Shown in pieces: positions 25,159-36,700 of a DNA stretch of 64,000 bases (position 1 is its first letter; each line of letters starts with the position of its first letter). Under the pieces are notes generated by a model that searched no databases, had not been told where the DNA came from, and saw nothing but the letters and a program-made list of their open reading frames with translations. Source of the DNA: Marsupella aquatica (lineage: Eukaryota > Plantae > Marchantiophyta). The position numbers were made by a program, and so were the translations under genes. The stretch is from contig OZ316896.1 in the NCBI GenBank assembly GCA_973895155.1, forward strand, positions 13,062,549 through 13,126,548, read 5' to 3'.

Positions 25159-25638
25159 AAAATTATCGTTGGTATATTTGGGTGATAGATGTATTCGCTT
25201 CTCCTGAACTTTTCTCCGGAAGTGAATGGAGTTTAACACACTCAATGTGGCGGCTTCCATGTGAGTGAATTCAACTCATTCGGTTTGGAAGAAGCTCTAT
25301 ATATGTGGGGGATTCCATGTGCGTGAATCTTCATCTGCCAGTACGATGGTTGTCTCTTCGGCTTCAGCATTTGACCAGTGGGAGTCGTTGCATTTTCAGT
25401 ACAGACCTGAAATGGATTCAGTGAATGCATTTTAGTCTTTCCGGTGCTTGACTTCTAAATTGTTGATGCAGAAACAGAGAGATTTTCGCCGCTTCTACAA
25501 GAATCAATGCGATTCCTTGAAGGTCGCTAGTCGGATCCTAATAGGAGTGGACCAAAGAATGGACCAAATTCGACCAGACATTCCAATAATTAGGAGCATC
25601 CCTGCTACCGCTGCCCACTAAGGTCCTAATTGTTGAAA

Positions 25639-26652
25639 TTAAAGGGTGATAACCACTTTCTTGGCAGACATGCCTTTCTTTTGAGCCTCTAGACCGTCTT
25701 GTATAGACTGGAGGCCCTTGCCGACTACGACGGGATCAGGAGCGGGGACAAATTTGCCCTCAGCGAGAGCTTGTGGCAGGTAATCCTCGTAAACGGCCTT
25801 GCAGACCTCGTTGTCCTCAACACCAGAGATAAACTTGGTTTTAACGCCGCCAGGCAGGTCCTCCGAGGTCTGTCTGGCCGTAGAGATAAACTTGTGGCCT
25901 TGGGACTTGCTCAAGAATTCCGCGCAGACCTCCACTACTCCATCAATGGTGATACAATCCAGCACGCCAGCAATTGTTTTGCCCTTCAATGCGTCAACCA
26001 CCTCCTCGACAACAGTCTTACTATTGTAGTCAAAGACCTGGCTAGCGCCGAGCTTCTTGACGTAGTCGAAGTTCTTCGGGGACGCAGTGGTGATGACCTC
26101 GTAGCCGGATGCAACGCCGAGCTGAATCCCGTTGCTGCCGACGCTTGAGGCTCCTCCCCAGACGAGCAGCACTTGGCCAGTTGGATTTGGAGTCACGGAC
26201 GGATACTGAAGCTCGAGATAAGTTTTCTTATACAAGCCGCAGGCTGCAGTCGATAAGCCCAAGGGAATGGCCGCGGCAGCCTCGAAGGACATGGTGTTGG
26301 GGATTGGCGATGACATGGAGTCCAATACAACGGTGTACTCCTGGAAACCGCCCTCGCATACACGTCCGGTCATCACGCCAAATGCGAGACCAAGCACACG
26401 GTCGCCCACGCGGAATCGGGTGACCGAACTCCCAACCTCTGCGACCTCACCCGCAACATCTTCACCGAGGATGATTGGGTAGCTTAGGGGCAAAAACGCT
26501 AGTTCTTGCAGCGCCGAGTCGACGGGGTTGATGGCCACCGCGGAGTTCTTGATGACGATCTCATGCTCGCCGGGGTGAGTGTAAGGAGCGGGACTGACCT
26601 CGAGCGGCTTTTTGTTTGCTGCGACAAGCCATGCGGCCCTGTTAGATGGCAT
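25639..26652 (-). CDS. MDR-superfamily enoyl-reductase-like oxidoreductase of fungal CipB/ToxD type, intronless
   Basis: MPSNRAAWL..PLEVSPAPYT.PGEHEIVIKNSAVAINPVD, ILGEDVAGEV..VGSSVTRF.VGDRV, GGFQEY, LVWGGASSVGSNGIQL..ASGYEVITTASPKNFDYVKKLGA, SAKKVVITL. First ATG at 26652; the ORF track extends to a non-ATG start at 26721. Confidence 0.9.
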   Translation of the reverse strand: MPSNRAAWLVAANKKPLEVSPAPYTHPGEHEIVIKNSAVAINPVDSALQELAFLPLSYPIILGEDVAGEVAEVGSSVTRFRVGDRVLGLAFGVMTGRVCEGGFQEYTVVLDSMSSPIPNTMSFEAAAAIPLGLSTAACGLYKKTYLELQYPSVTPNPTGQVLLVWGGASSVGSNGIQLGVASGYEVITTASPKNFDYVKKLGASQVFDYNSKTVVEEVVDALKGKTIAGVLDCITIDGVVEVCAEFLSKSQGHKFISTARQTSEDLPGGVKTKFISGVEDNEVCKAVYEDYLPQALAEGKFVPAPDPVVVGKGLQSIQDGLEAQKKGMSAKKVVITL

Positions 26653-29576
26653 TTTGAGCTGGAACGATGAGTTCACAGGCGTCGAACGAGCCGAAGAGGG
26701 ATTTGCTGATGTCGACGACAAGACTGTTACAGAGCAGAGGATACTTTCTTACGCTAGCTCCCGCCGAAGCATATGGCTGCTCGATCAACACCACAGCTTT
26801 TCAATTGTACTTGCCGATGGCCGTAAGCCCTGGACGCAAAGTGATGCCGGTGTCTTGATCATGACACGCTGAAATGCTCTTCACCTCTTGCAGCAGTCAA
26901 GAAGTCCTTCGTGCAGAAAGCAGGAGGCAGAGGGATGCAATGGAGATTCGAGCGAATAGATGAAGGTGGGATGGACTGTCGTTGTGGTGCATGGAAGGTG
27001 TATGGGATTGCTTCTTATGGTAATTTCGCCAGCCGGGAAAGCGCGATCCGGGAGAAAGCCGAAAAACCAGGACCCAATGAACGACCGGAACTCAAAATTT
27101 AGCAGGCTCTTTCTCTTTACTATTATGATAATTCTCAATACAATGTTGTCAGCAACACTTGTCAATGGCTCACGCCATTGATCTCTTTTGGTTGGTCAGA
27201 TCCAAAGTTTGGAGCCAACAGCGTCCATCTTGTTTTTCGATCGTTTGAGATATTCTGAAATCTTTTCCTTTCAATACTTCAATGAGCATATGGATGTCTT
27301 CGCCGTCTCTGATGCCTCTTTTCAGGAAGTTTGCTCAGGTGCTCAACTGACGTAGCCACTGCGAATTGCAGTAACGTAGAATGTAAGGAATGGATCGAAA
27401 GAAACATCTCGCATACCTTCTGGGCGCTTTCCTCTGAGCGAAAGGCGAGTGACCCGGAGGGGCCACCACACTTACAACAGTTCAGCAATGGGTAGGCACA
27501 AGCTATTCGTAGGACGCATCGAAGAGCAGTGTTCTTGCGAAAGTACAGACTGGGTAGCCTCCCCGGGAGAAACAAAACTGTGATAGAGACATGAATGTTC
27601 CCATGGTGGTCATCATTAATTTGATTGCCCTTTGCAGTGACAACACTTGGCGCCACTTTATTCTTCCGGCTCATCTAAAGAGGGGCAATGATTTCCGGCT
27701 CATCTAATTAAGGCACAACCCTTGGAGTTTAGGTACTATATGTGGTGCAACCCTACGAAGAACAAGACCTCCCTCTTTTCTCACACATATGCATTTACTT
27801 TTTTCTCTTAATTGCATAAACTCTTGGGGCCATATTTGTGATTACTCTCTCTTTCTTTCTCTGACTCGTGATTGTGATCTTTGTGATTGCAGTAGATGAT
27901 AGTGGGAAAACTAATTGTAGTTTTAGTCGTGTTTCTATCGACACATATTCAACTTTAACTTTGTAATTTAAAGCATGCCACGATGTTTGTAGATTTCCAG
28001 TTGTTCAATATAGATACATTGACAAAGGATGGACAATTTTAGTGTCATTGGTGAGTTTACCGAGGTTGAAGCAGATGTACATTATAAAACAAAGGACTGG
28101 ATCTCCGTGTGAGAGAGACTTGTTCATTACTCACGGTAGTGTACAGTGAATGAGAGACGTTCATATTGCCGAAGAAAGATGGGACGTTGAGAGGAATGCC
28201 ATCAGTGGCGATTTTGACTATCCTTGCAACATCTGGAACGACCTAGTGGAATATGGTGTATGCGTGGAGCTTTTTGTTTATGTTGAGTACGGCGTATCTT
28301 TGGTTGTCTCTCATTCTTCAGAGGCGAGTGTTTCAAAGGGATGGTTAAAATCAACAGCGTGAGCATGATTTGATGCATGGTTTCTCTTCAGTGCAGCGAA
28401 AAAGGAGCCGGTCAACTGCACAGGACGAGAAGAACATCTGGAGCTTACATTCGAAGTTGATGAAGCAGGAGGATTTATCATGTTCACGATTAATCTCCGG
28501 GGGGTGACCTTGTGACCATATCAGGGAAGAAGAATTCTCAGACGAAACCGTATGATCTCACAGTGCACCAAGAAACTCTGCATCCACGATGAGGAGCGAC
28601 TTATTTGAAAACTGTGTTTCGACAATATGCATGTCCTGGCATTCCTTTTGAGGACAACGTGTAAGCAACTGCATCTGTTCCTCCGGTTATAGCTTTCATA
28701 TTACCTTCTTGAATCTCCAGAATATTTTATATTTGTCGTAGTTAAAACTACTTGAGTCAATGCGACACAGCTCTCTCAACATTTGACAGTGAAACAGAAG
28801 CGATGTCACTAGATCAAAATTCACTGTTTGTGTCGTTAAAATGTTTGGCTGCTCGTTCAGGTTGCGAAGGTATTTGAGGCTGCCCATCAAATTTCAGGGA
28901 AGATTATGCTCAGAATGTGCAACCAACCCTCTATGCTTTGGCGTTGACAAACCTGCAAAGAAGATTCCATGCCTACTTTAAGATACACTAGAAAATGGGT
29001 CAAGGGCTTCCATTAGTGATGGATGTATTGCTTCTCTCACATCCAAATAAGGTCGGTAGGCTCGGCTCCAAAATTGCCGAATGAACAGTGAAATTTTTTT
29101 ACTAGCGAAACAGACAATACAGGCGGGAGGGAAAACATTGCTATTAGGCGTGTTGGAACTTGGTTAGACAGAATCAATTCCGCCACTGGACACACTCCAA
29201 GTTGAGCACACGGGCCAAACAGACAGAAAATTGAAAGACGAAAGGGAACGAGACCCAGTTCTGCAACCCACACACAGGCCCACTACAGATTTTGCGTGCA
29301 CCGGGAAGAATTCACGACATTGAACAGCTGCAGACAGGTAAGCGACACATTCAATTTTCACCCGCGAGAAATTGCAAAGAGCGTTAGCAACAATGCAATG
29401 CCTTCATCAGTCTTGAAATTTCTTTTCAGAGAATCGTTTGGTGTATTTTACAACATAGTTAATAAGTCCAATGTCATCAACTCAAAACTATGTGACTCGA
29501 GCATTTCATCTGATGTCCTATACCGCAAGCTTCACAGTTTCAAAGCCTCTACCACATGATACCCGTCATTTTGTGC

Positions 29577-31292
29577 TTAACACTTCTTATTGGGACGCCC
29601 GTAAGCCTCCCACGCATAATCTCTCAAGAATCTGGCTTTATCTTCTGATATAGTGCAAGGTATCACATTATCTGACATGTGCTTCCTTGCTTGTTTCATC
29701 AACAGCTTTTGAAGGGGTTGGGCTAGACAGAGGATGTAATCCTGTGTGACCATGTGTGCAGATTTTGAAATCTCCGGCTGAAACTCCTGCAACTCAGCAT
29801 ACCTGAGCAACATGTGATACATGTAATCATATACCCTGTCCATGCCAACCTCTTTTTGCACAAAAGCTTGTCCTGCCTTGCCAATGGCTTCTCCCATCAA
29901 TGGGTTTAGTTCTGCATTGTTGACTACTTCATTAAGGTTTTGACAAAGCTCTGAAACACAACTTGCGCTAGGTTGCACTCGGATATAGTGAACCCCGGGC
30001 TTAAGCCCCCTCTGAAAAAAATCATAGTAATTTGGCCAGACCACAATTGTTGCAGATCCACATGCCATAATGTACTTTAAACTCACTGACCAAGTGACCC
30101 CTTCAACATACAGCATATATCTATGGGTACATTGATTTTCCAATTTGGAATTCAGTTTTGCAATTGAAAGCTCCTTGGACCAATCTTGGGTTACAACATC
30201 AACCTTGAAATTGTCTGTTGTGTTGTGACAGTAAACAAGTTGCTTGCGAAGTACTGACCTTCCTGCGCCAACAAAAGGGTTGCCCCTCCAATGTGCATTC
30301 TTGTACCTTTTTCTCCAATCTTTCTTTTTGGAACCCGTGGCAATCTTGTCAAATTCTTGATCCCATGATTCCATTTGTAATTCAGACCAACCCCAAAATG
30401 ACCAATCAGGCCAAGGGATATCATAATACTCATGATTGCTGCAGTAGCTGAAGAGAGGAATTGCTGGATCGGTGTTGATCCTGGCACAAGGGTGATCCCA
30501 GCAGTTGAACATGAATTCCACATCTGGAATTTTGTTCTTATACTTCTCCAAGAGGAGCAATAGTCCCCATATGGTGAATAACAGACGAGTTTGAAAGCAT
30601 ACATGATAGAGATCAATAAACAACATGCCCTTTAAAATGATAACTCTGACTGCTGCGTCTTGCTTGCCCAACTCAAGAGTAGCTCGTGAGATTCTTGATT
30701 CCTTCCACGGAGCTAGATCCTCTTGAATCCAATCAAAGTAAGATGGACACTCTTCGAAATACTCATAATTGAAGTCTGCACGGTTTGTTTGTCTCTTGTC
30801 CTTAGCAGATGGTGCAATTGGCGCATCATGGCTTTTGTTTGGTCCCTGGAGATCAGAGGAGCAGTTGAGGATTTGAACAGCTCTCTGCAACTTGAATATG
30901 TCTGGACCCAATGGGCTATGTGTTTCTGCCCATGACGTTGGGATCAGGGTGTCCCCAAATTTGGTTTTGTTGTTCAGAAAGCCGTACTTTTGCAGCAAGA
31001 TTGCTATCTCATCGTCTTGATTCATACTGGGCCGCCTCAAAGGGCTCAACCATGTAGAGCCTATGAGAGCAAACAAAATCACAGGCAATATGAGGAGCCA
31101 CATCACGAAGCAGGGCCATCGCCGAGGAGGGTTGGGCTCTAGAGGCTGAGCACCCGAATTGCCACGGAACCAAATTTTCAGCATGAATATTGATATGACT
31201 GGTGAGTAGTCACAGTGGCCAGTGGTCCAGTTGTGATGATGGGCCCCTCGTTTGTCTGCGAGTCTCTTTGGAATTATCAGGTCTCTCTCCAA
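29577..31292 (-). CDS. Glycosyltransferase family 90 (CAP10 / Rumi-POGLUT-like), type II membrane protein, intronless CDS
   Basis: N-terminal TM segment; CPSYFDWIQEDLAPW, CFQTRLLFTIWGLL, PDVEFMFNCWDHP, DIPWPDWSFWGW, WRGNP, YMLYVEGVTWSVSLKYIMAC, YYDFFQRGL, VYDYMYHML. True ATG probably ~31184 (MLKIW). Confidence 0.93.
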   Translation of the reverse strand: MERDLIIPKRLADKRGAHHHNWTTGHCDYSPVISIFMLKIWFRGNSGAQPLEPNPPRRWPCFVMWLLILPVILFALIGSTWLSPLRRPSMNQDDEIAILLQKYGFLNNKTKFGDTLIPTSWAETHSPLGPDIFKLQRAVQILNCSSDLQGPNKSHDAPIAPSAKDKRQTNRADFNYEYFEECPSYFDWIQEDLAPWKESRISRATLELGKQDAAVRVIILKGMLFIDLYHVCFQTRLLFTIWGLLLLLEKYKNKIPDVEFMFNCWDHPCARINTDPAIPLFSYCSNHEYYDIPWPDWSFWGWSELQMESWDQEFDKIATGSKKKDWRKRYKNAHWRGNPFVGAGRSVLRKQLVYCHNTTDNFKVDVVTQDWSKELSIAKLNSKLENQCTHRYMLYVEGVTWSVSLKYIMACGSATIVVWPNYYDFFQRGLKPGVHYIRVQPSASCVSELCQNLNEVVNNAELNPLMGEAIGKAGQAFVQKEVGMDRVYDYMYHMLLRYAELQEFQPEISKSAHMVTQDYILCLAQPLQKLLMKQARKHMSDNVIPCTISEDKARFLRDYAWEAYGRPNKKC

Positions 31293-33190
31293 TTTCAGCT
31301 TTGTGCAGCTTTCAGAGATCCACCAATTGCACTTTCATTTGATGCTGGCCCAATGATTAGATTCATTAAATTGGCGAAGAAGGCATCAAGCTTTTTGTGT
31401 GCATTTCTAGTCAGCTTTGCCTTTCATTGTCACTGCTCTGTACGAGGTTGAAAGACCTCTGAACAGAAGAGGATTAGGACAAACAATCAGCCTGAATTGA
31501 ACTCTTGCATTGGCTAGCTAGAAAATATATTCATGTTGTCGGTCACACCACCAAAATTCCCCATTCTGGGTTGTTGGCACACAATGTCAGTCCTTTCAAT
31601 CAGGAGGCATTCAATCATTAAGTTTGATGCCTTCTCTTCAAAGGAAGAAAACATTCTTCATGATTTCATTTCATCACATAATGCTCACTACTTTGGAAGA
31701 AACACTTCACTGGATATTTTGGGTTGTCACGTCATCCAATCTTCAATCCTCCTCTTTGCTAAGGTCATTCAACTTTACTCATATACACAGTGAAATAACG
31801 ATTCGTAAAGAATCTGTCCATTGATCATTGGGCCATTGCCTTTTGCCTCTTGTTCGATTAAACTTCAAAGGCAATCGTTCCCTCCAAGCTCATGGCAAAG
31901 ATTGACATTTGTTGGACCTGTCTATTGAAGGAATTTCTGTTCACACCCACCAACCTAGAAAGGCAGCAAATTAAATGTCTTTCAATTATAGGATTCCCAA
32001 TACTATACTGCTTTCCTCATCAATGGCAACCACTTGACAGGCTCTCACTCATTGAGTCTATGATGCAATCCATTTTGGAAACATTGAAACTGCCTTGCAA
32101 TTTTAATAAATCAAACTCATATCCCTGAGTCAGTCTGACCAACACATTCAAGATTGGTCCATCAGCAAAGACATGAGTTGTTCAGATGATTAGGCTGAAT
32201 AATAAATAGTATGCCAGAGCCTAACTGCCCAGGAGCATTTCGGTTACAAACTGTTGAGGTTCCGACCTGTTTGGAGGAGTATTTGTGCATCATAGAGTAG
32301 ACAATGCTACTAAGCACCAACATCTAACACTTGAGAACCAATGCAATCAGCGAGCAACCCAACCTGACCCGAACTCAACCTTACTCTCAATTCTCTCAGT
32401 TAATTAACTTGATGGATTTGCGAAAATAGTCTCACTAACCCTATTCTTGACATTGTAGTCAAGACAAAAATGATTGCCAGGGCGGTTCCATCACCATATT
32501 AATGTCTTCAGTCAAATTGCAATTTACAGCTGCAAAGGATTTTCATACTACTTTGAGCAACTTTTTCCAGTATTTTAGGGCATTCTCCCGGATCCTCTCT
32601 TCTTTTCTTTTGACCCTTCTATTCTTTTGACCCATCACGCTCTATTAACTCTAGGGTTTTCCATTGGATTTAGTGAAAGAATTTTTAATTTTTGTTGAAG
32701 AACATTAGGTTTGTAATTTTTTTGCCTTGAAAAAATCAAATGAATTCACAGGAGTAACTGGGCAAGGATCATCTTATTATAAAAACATGAACAAAGTCTA
32801 CTCTAAGGGCCTAGATCTATAGTGAAGCCTCTACACCTCAAATCCTTAATCCAAACCAAAGTGATCATGGGTCAATAAAATAAAACTTTAAATGAGAATG
32901 GACAAAACTGAAATGAAGGTGGACAAAAAACAAACCATGGGGCAAAGATTAACTGAAATTATGCAAAGATTGTTTTCTTCATGTCTGTTTCAGTTCAAGG
33001 AAGGGGTAATTGGGCTAGTAACAACTGAAAGCACTACCTTGAAGTGTTTAGATTTGAAGGAAAAGAAGAGTAAAAAGTGTTTAGATATAGATGTAGGGAA
33101 GCAAAGGGAAAGGGAGAGTATTCTCATATGCCCTGGATCCTTTCTGAACACTGTAGAGTACTCTACGCAATGTGAATCAGGGGTTTAACG

Positions 33191-33533
33191 TTTAGGGTTT
33201 ATGGAGGGGTTGTGTCCACTGTCGAGGCTGCCTGAGTGAAACCTTGGGCAATCGTGTCGAATCTCCTGCACTCACTCATTTTTGCAGCAAATTCTACAAG
33301 CGAAGTTCAGGGATGGGTGAACGATTGTAGTCAGAGAGCATCCTGGGCAAACGAGTTGAATTTCATTCACTTGCTGAGATGGGCAAGAAGTCCCACATGC
33401 TGTAAAGAACAAATTGCCAATGAAAAGCTTGAGAAATATGTACACATGGGTTCCTTGGGGCAAATGAGCCCAATTCATCGGTCGAGGATGATTGGTGCAG
33501 AGGGCTCAGGTCGAGTGGCAGGATTTAGGGTTT
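33191..33533 (+). promoter_or_regulatory. Telo-box motifs and a site II-like motif upstream of the RRM gene
   Basis: TTTAGGGTTT at 33191 and 33524, AGCCCA at ~33467; this combination is common in plant ribosome-biogenesis promoters. Confidence 0.4.
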
Positions 33534-33742
33534 AATTTCATGGGTCACTAGTGACATTGAGGATCTGACGCATTTTCTTACTGAATGATCTCAAGCTGAG
33601 CTGGATGGATTCTAGCGCAACGTCAGGTCTCCTCTGCAGTAGCCTTGATTCATCTCTGGTTATCGATTATGTGAAATTTATTGACAACAGGTCATAAAGG
33701 GGATTTGATTCATGGTGTCTAAAAAGCTCAAAGTAGTGAAAC

Positions 33743-36700
33743 ATGGAGGAAGAGAAGGTTCGGCTTTATGTGGGAGGGCTCCCTTCGGATGTGAGCGCTG
33801 GTGATCTGCAAGAGCGATTTGAACCCCTGGGTAATGTGAAGAGCATCACGCTTCCGTCAGCAAAGACTGACTCTGGTCACCGTGGTTTTGCGTACGTGGA
33901 TTTTGTGCCTGCATCTGACGCCAGCCTTCGAAAGCTTTTCAGTGCGGTAGGCTTCGCACAATCTTCTGGTTTTTTTTTCCGCCTCTTGAGGGTAGACTTT
34001 ACTGAAGGCATTCTCTGTTCTCTATGTTGCTGTTTAGCAATGTCTCCGTTTTGAAGCACTCATAGTGGCACAAACGCAGCTCTGCTCCTTTTACAGGTCG
34101 AATCCAATATGCATAGTTTGGGCTGCTGTTCCTGGATGTTTCATTTCTCGATTGGCACTTTTTTTTTTTTATAGGATCGTTTCAACCTTCAATTATCCTG
34201 TCTAGTTAGTAACAACAGCTCAATCATTTCGTACTTCTTCAATTGATCTCGGGAAATGCGTTTGATACCTAGCCACAACAAGATTCGGCCTGAAGAGTGA
34301 AGTGAACAAAGAAAACTGGCCTCCAATTCATCAATCTTTGCCATTGAAAATTGAGGCGATGACAAGAACTTGATAGAATGAACGCATCAATTTGAAGAAT
34401 TGTCTGAGTGATCCTTCTGTCACCTTGATTGCGGGGATAAAGTTATCTTCTGAAATCAGCTCGGCTGTTGAGAAGCTCTGAGCATGTTATGAGGGTCTTT
34501 TGTATTTTCGTCAATTGTCCTTCAAAGTCCCGCTTCATGCCGTTTCTCACATCAACGTCGCTTTTGCTTTTGCAGTATAATGGCTGTAAATGGCGAGGAG
34601 GTCTCCTACGCATTGAGAAAGCCAAGGAGCACTTTTCTGACCGCCTCCGCGATGAATGGGCTGCAGAAGCAGCATCACTGATCAACGATCCACCTCCAGA
34701 TGAGGTTGAAGTTGTTCAACAGTCTGCTCTAACAAGTGCTCGGCAGAAGGAAGTCAAAGTGGGTAACAGAGCAGACATGGAAGTTAGTGATCTCAAAATT
34801 TTCTTCCCGAAACTGAAAAAGGTACAGAAAGAGACTCCGTGTCTCAATTCTTCTGAATCTTTCTGCTTTACAGATTAAAAGGAAGACAAAATTTTCGTAA
34901 GCGGTGACGAGAATACTTGGTACCGTATCACTTGTCAGTATGGCTGGGAAAATATGTCATGATCAAATTAAATTGACTTCACAGTGGGATGACTTTTGCA
35001 GCTGAGACCTGTGCCATTGACTGGGCTGGGCAAGCACAAGCGGAGCTTTCAGCGAGTAGAAACCTCTCCGTTGCAGTTGTTGTTAACTTGCGCTTGTGAA
35101 GAGAGTTTACGCCGTGGTTCATGTAATTGCTCCAACATAAATGATGGTAATCGTCCGCGTTTGTGTTGTCCATGGCCATGGAATTAGCTGCTACATTTGA
35201 CCTTCGTCTATGAACACTTGATATCAGAATTGATAAGCTATTCATTGCATATATGGAAACAAACACATAGTTAATGAAAAGAACTGAAATTCCTCTTTCT
35301 TACACTAGGAAATCCGGGTATTTCTGGTTTCTGATGTTTTGTGGATGGTTTTCCATGCCAGGCACTTTGAAAGAAGATTTGTGCCATGAAAATGATGACA
35401 TTGCACAGGCAATTGAGATTGAGCGACAAAGACAGCTTGAGTTGCTAAAGAGACTGTTTCCTTCTGACTCCGCTTCCATCGGGTATGAATTTTAGATTTA
35501 TTTCTGTTTTGCTCTATCGCCCATATGTCAATGTTCATGTTAAATCCGTCGACTGTAGAAAACTGCCAAAGTGATATAGGCTGCTCCTAATAACAGAAGC
35601 CTGGATTCGAAGTTTGCGAGGTGAGATAATCTATGGAATTATTTCGTTTGGTACATACAGGTTGGAGAATCACCAGGTCGTGGAGCTGGATAGCAGTGAG
35701 CAGAAGGATGAAGGTCCGGTTGGCAGTGCAGAAAAAACCTCCTCTGAACAGACTTTGCTGCTTACAGTCACCGAGAGGGTTGAACAAGAACGACCCACGT
35801 ATTCACAGCAAAGGAGCGAGTTTGAAAGCATCGCCGGTGAAGGGCACAGTGACCCTTTGGACTCGAAACTGGACCCTGGTGCGATACCTCTTCACCTTTT
35901 TAATCAATTTGCTCACAGATAGATCTGTCCATCCAACTTACACTGTCAGTTGACTAGGACAGCTGCAGCCGATATTGTTTGAATGTCCTCGGAATGTGAG
36001 ATGATTGTACAGGGAATGAGGAGACTGATTTCAAAGACGATTCTACTTCAACTGCCGTGGCTAGAGAGCGATCAATGCAACTGGAACTTATGCACCGATT
36101 GTTCCCTGCAGATGTTCCCTCCACAAGGCAAAGAATCTCACATTCTGCAACGATATCAACCCTTCGTCTTTGAAGTATTTTCATTGCTTCATTGCTGTTT
36201 GTTAGACTCCTTCACCTGACTTAAGTGACCCCAAGTTGTCAGAGCTTCGTCTTGGCTGACAAAAACTGCTTGGCATCATATGAGCAGGGAGCCCGAAACA
36301 GAAACGGTAGCAGAACCCGAGGTTAGTAAAGTCAGAAAGAAGCGGAAATTGAACGGATCAAAAAGTGGAGCAGACCTCGTTGAATTAGCGGCAGGTGGCC
36401 TTAAAGGCACGATCACTGATAATTCTGTGCACTTGCGAACTAATGTGGCTGAAACCAACCGCGGGCAACAATCATTAGAACTTCTAAAAGTACCGATGCA
36501 GCATGGTAAGCTTACTTCTTTAGACTTACATTTCTTGAAGAAAATTGTGAAAGAGCTCAGCATTTAGCCTTAGTCTAATTGACCTTTTAGCTCATTGTGG
36601 AGAACACCTCTTCACCTCAGCAGCAGCTCCCGGTCAGGAATGTTTGTCTTCTCATCTGTTGTCCACTCAGATGCCGGATCATCTGCCAGATGGTAATATA

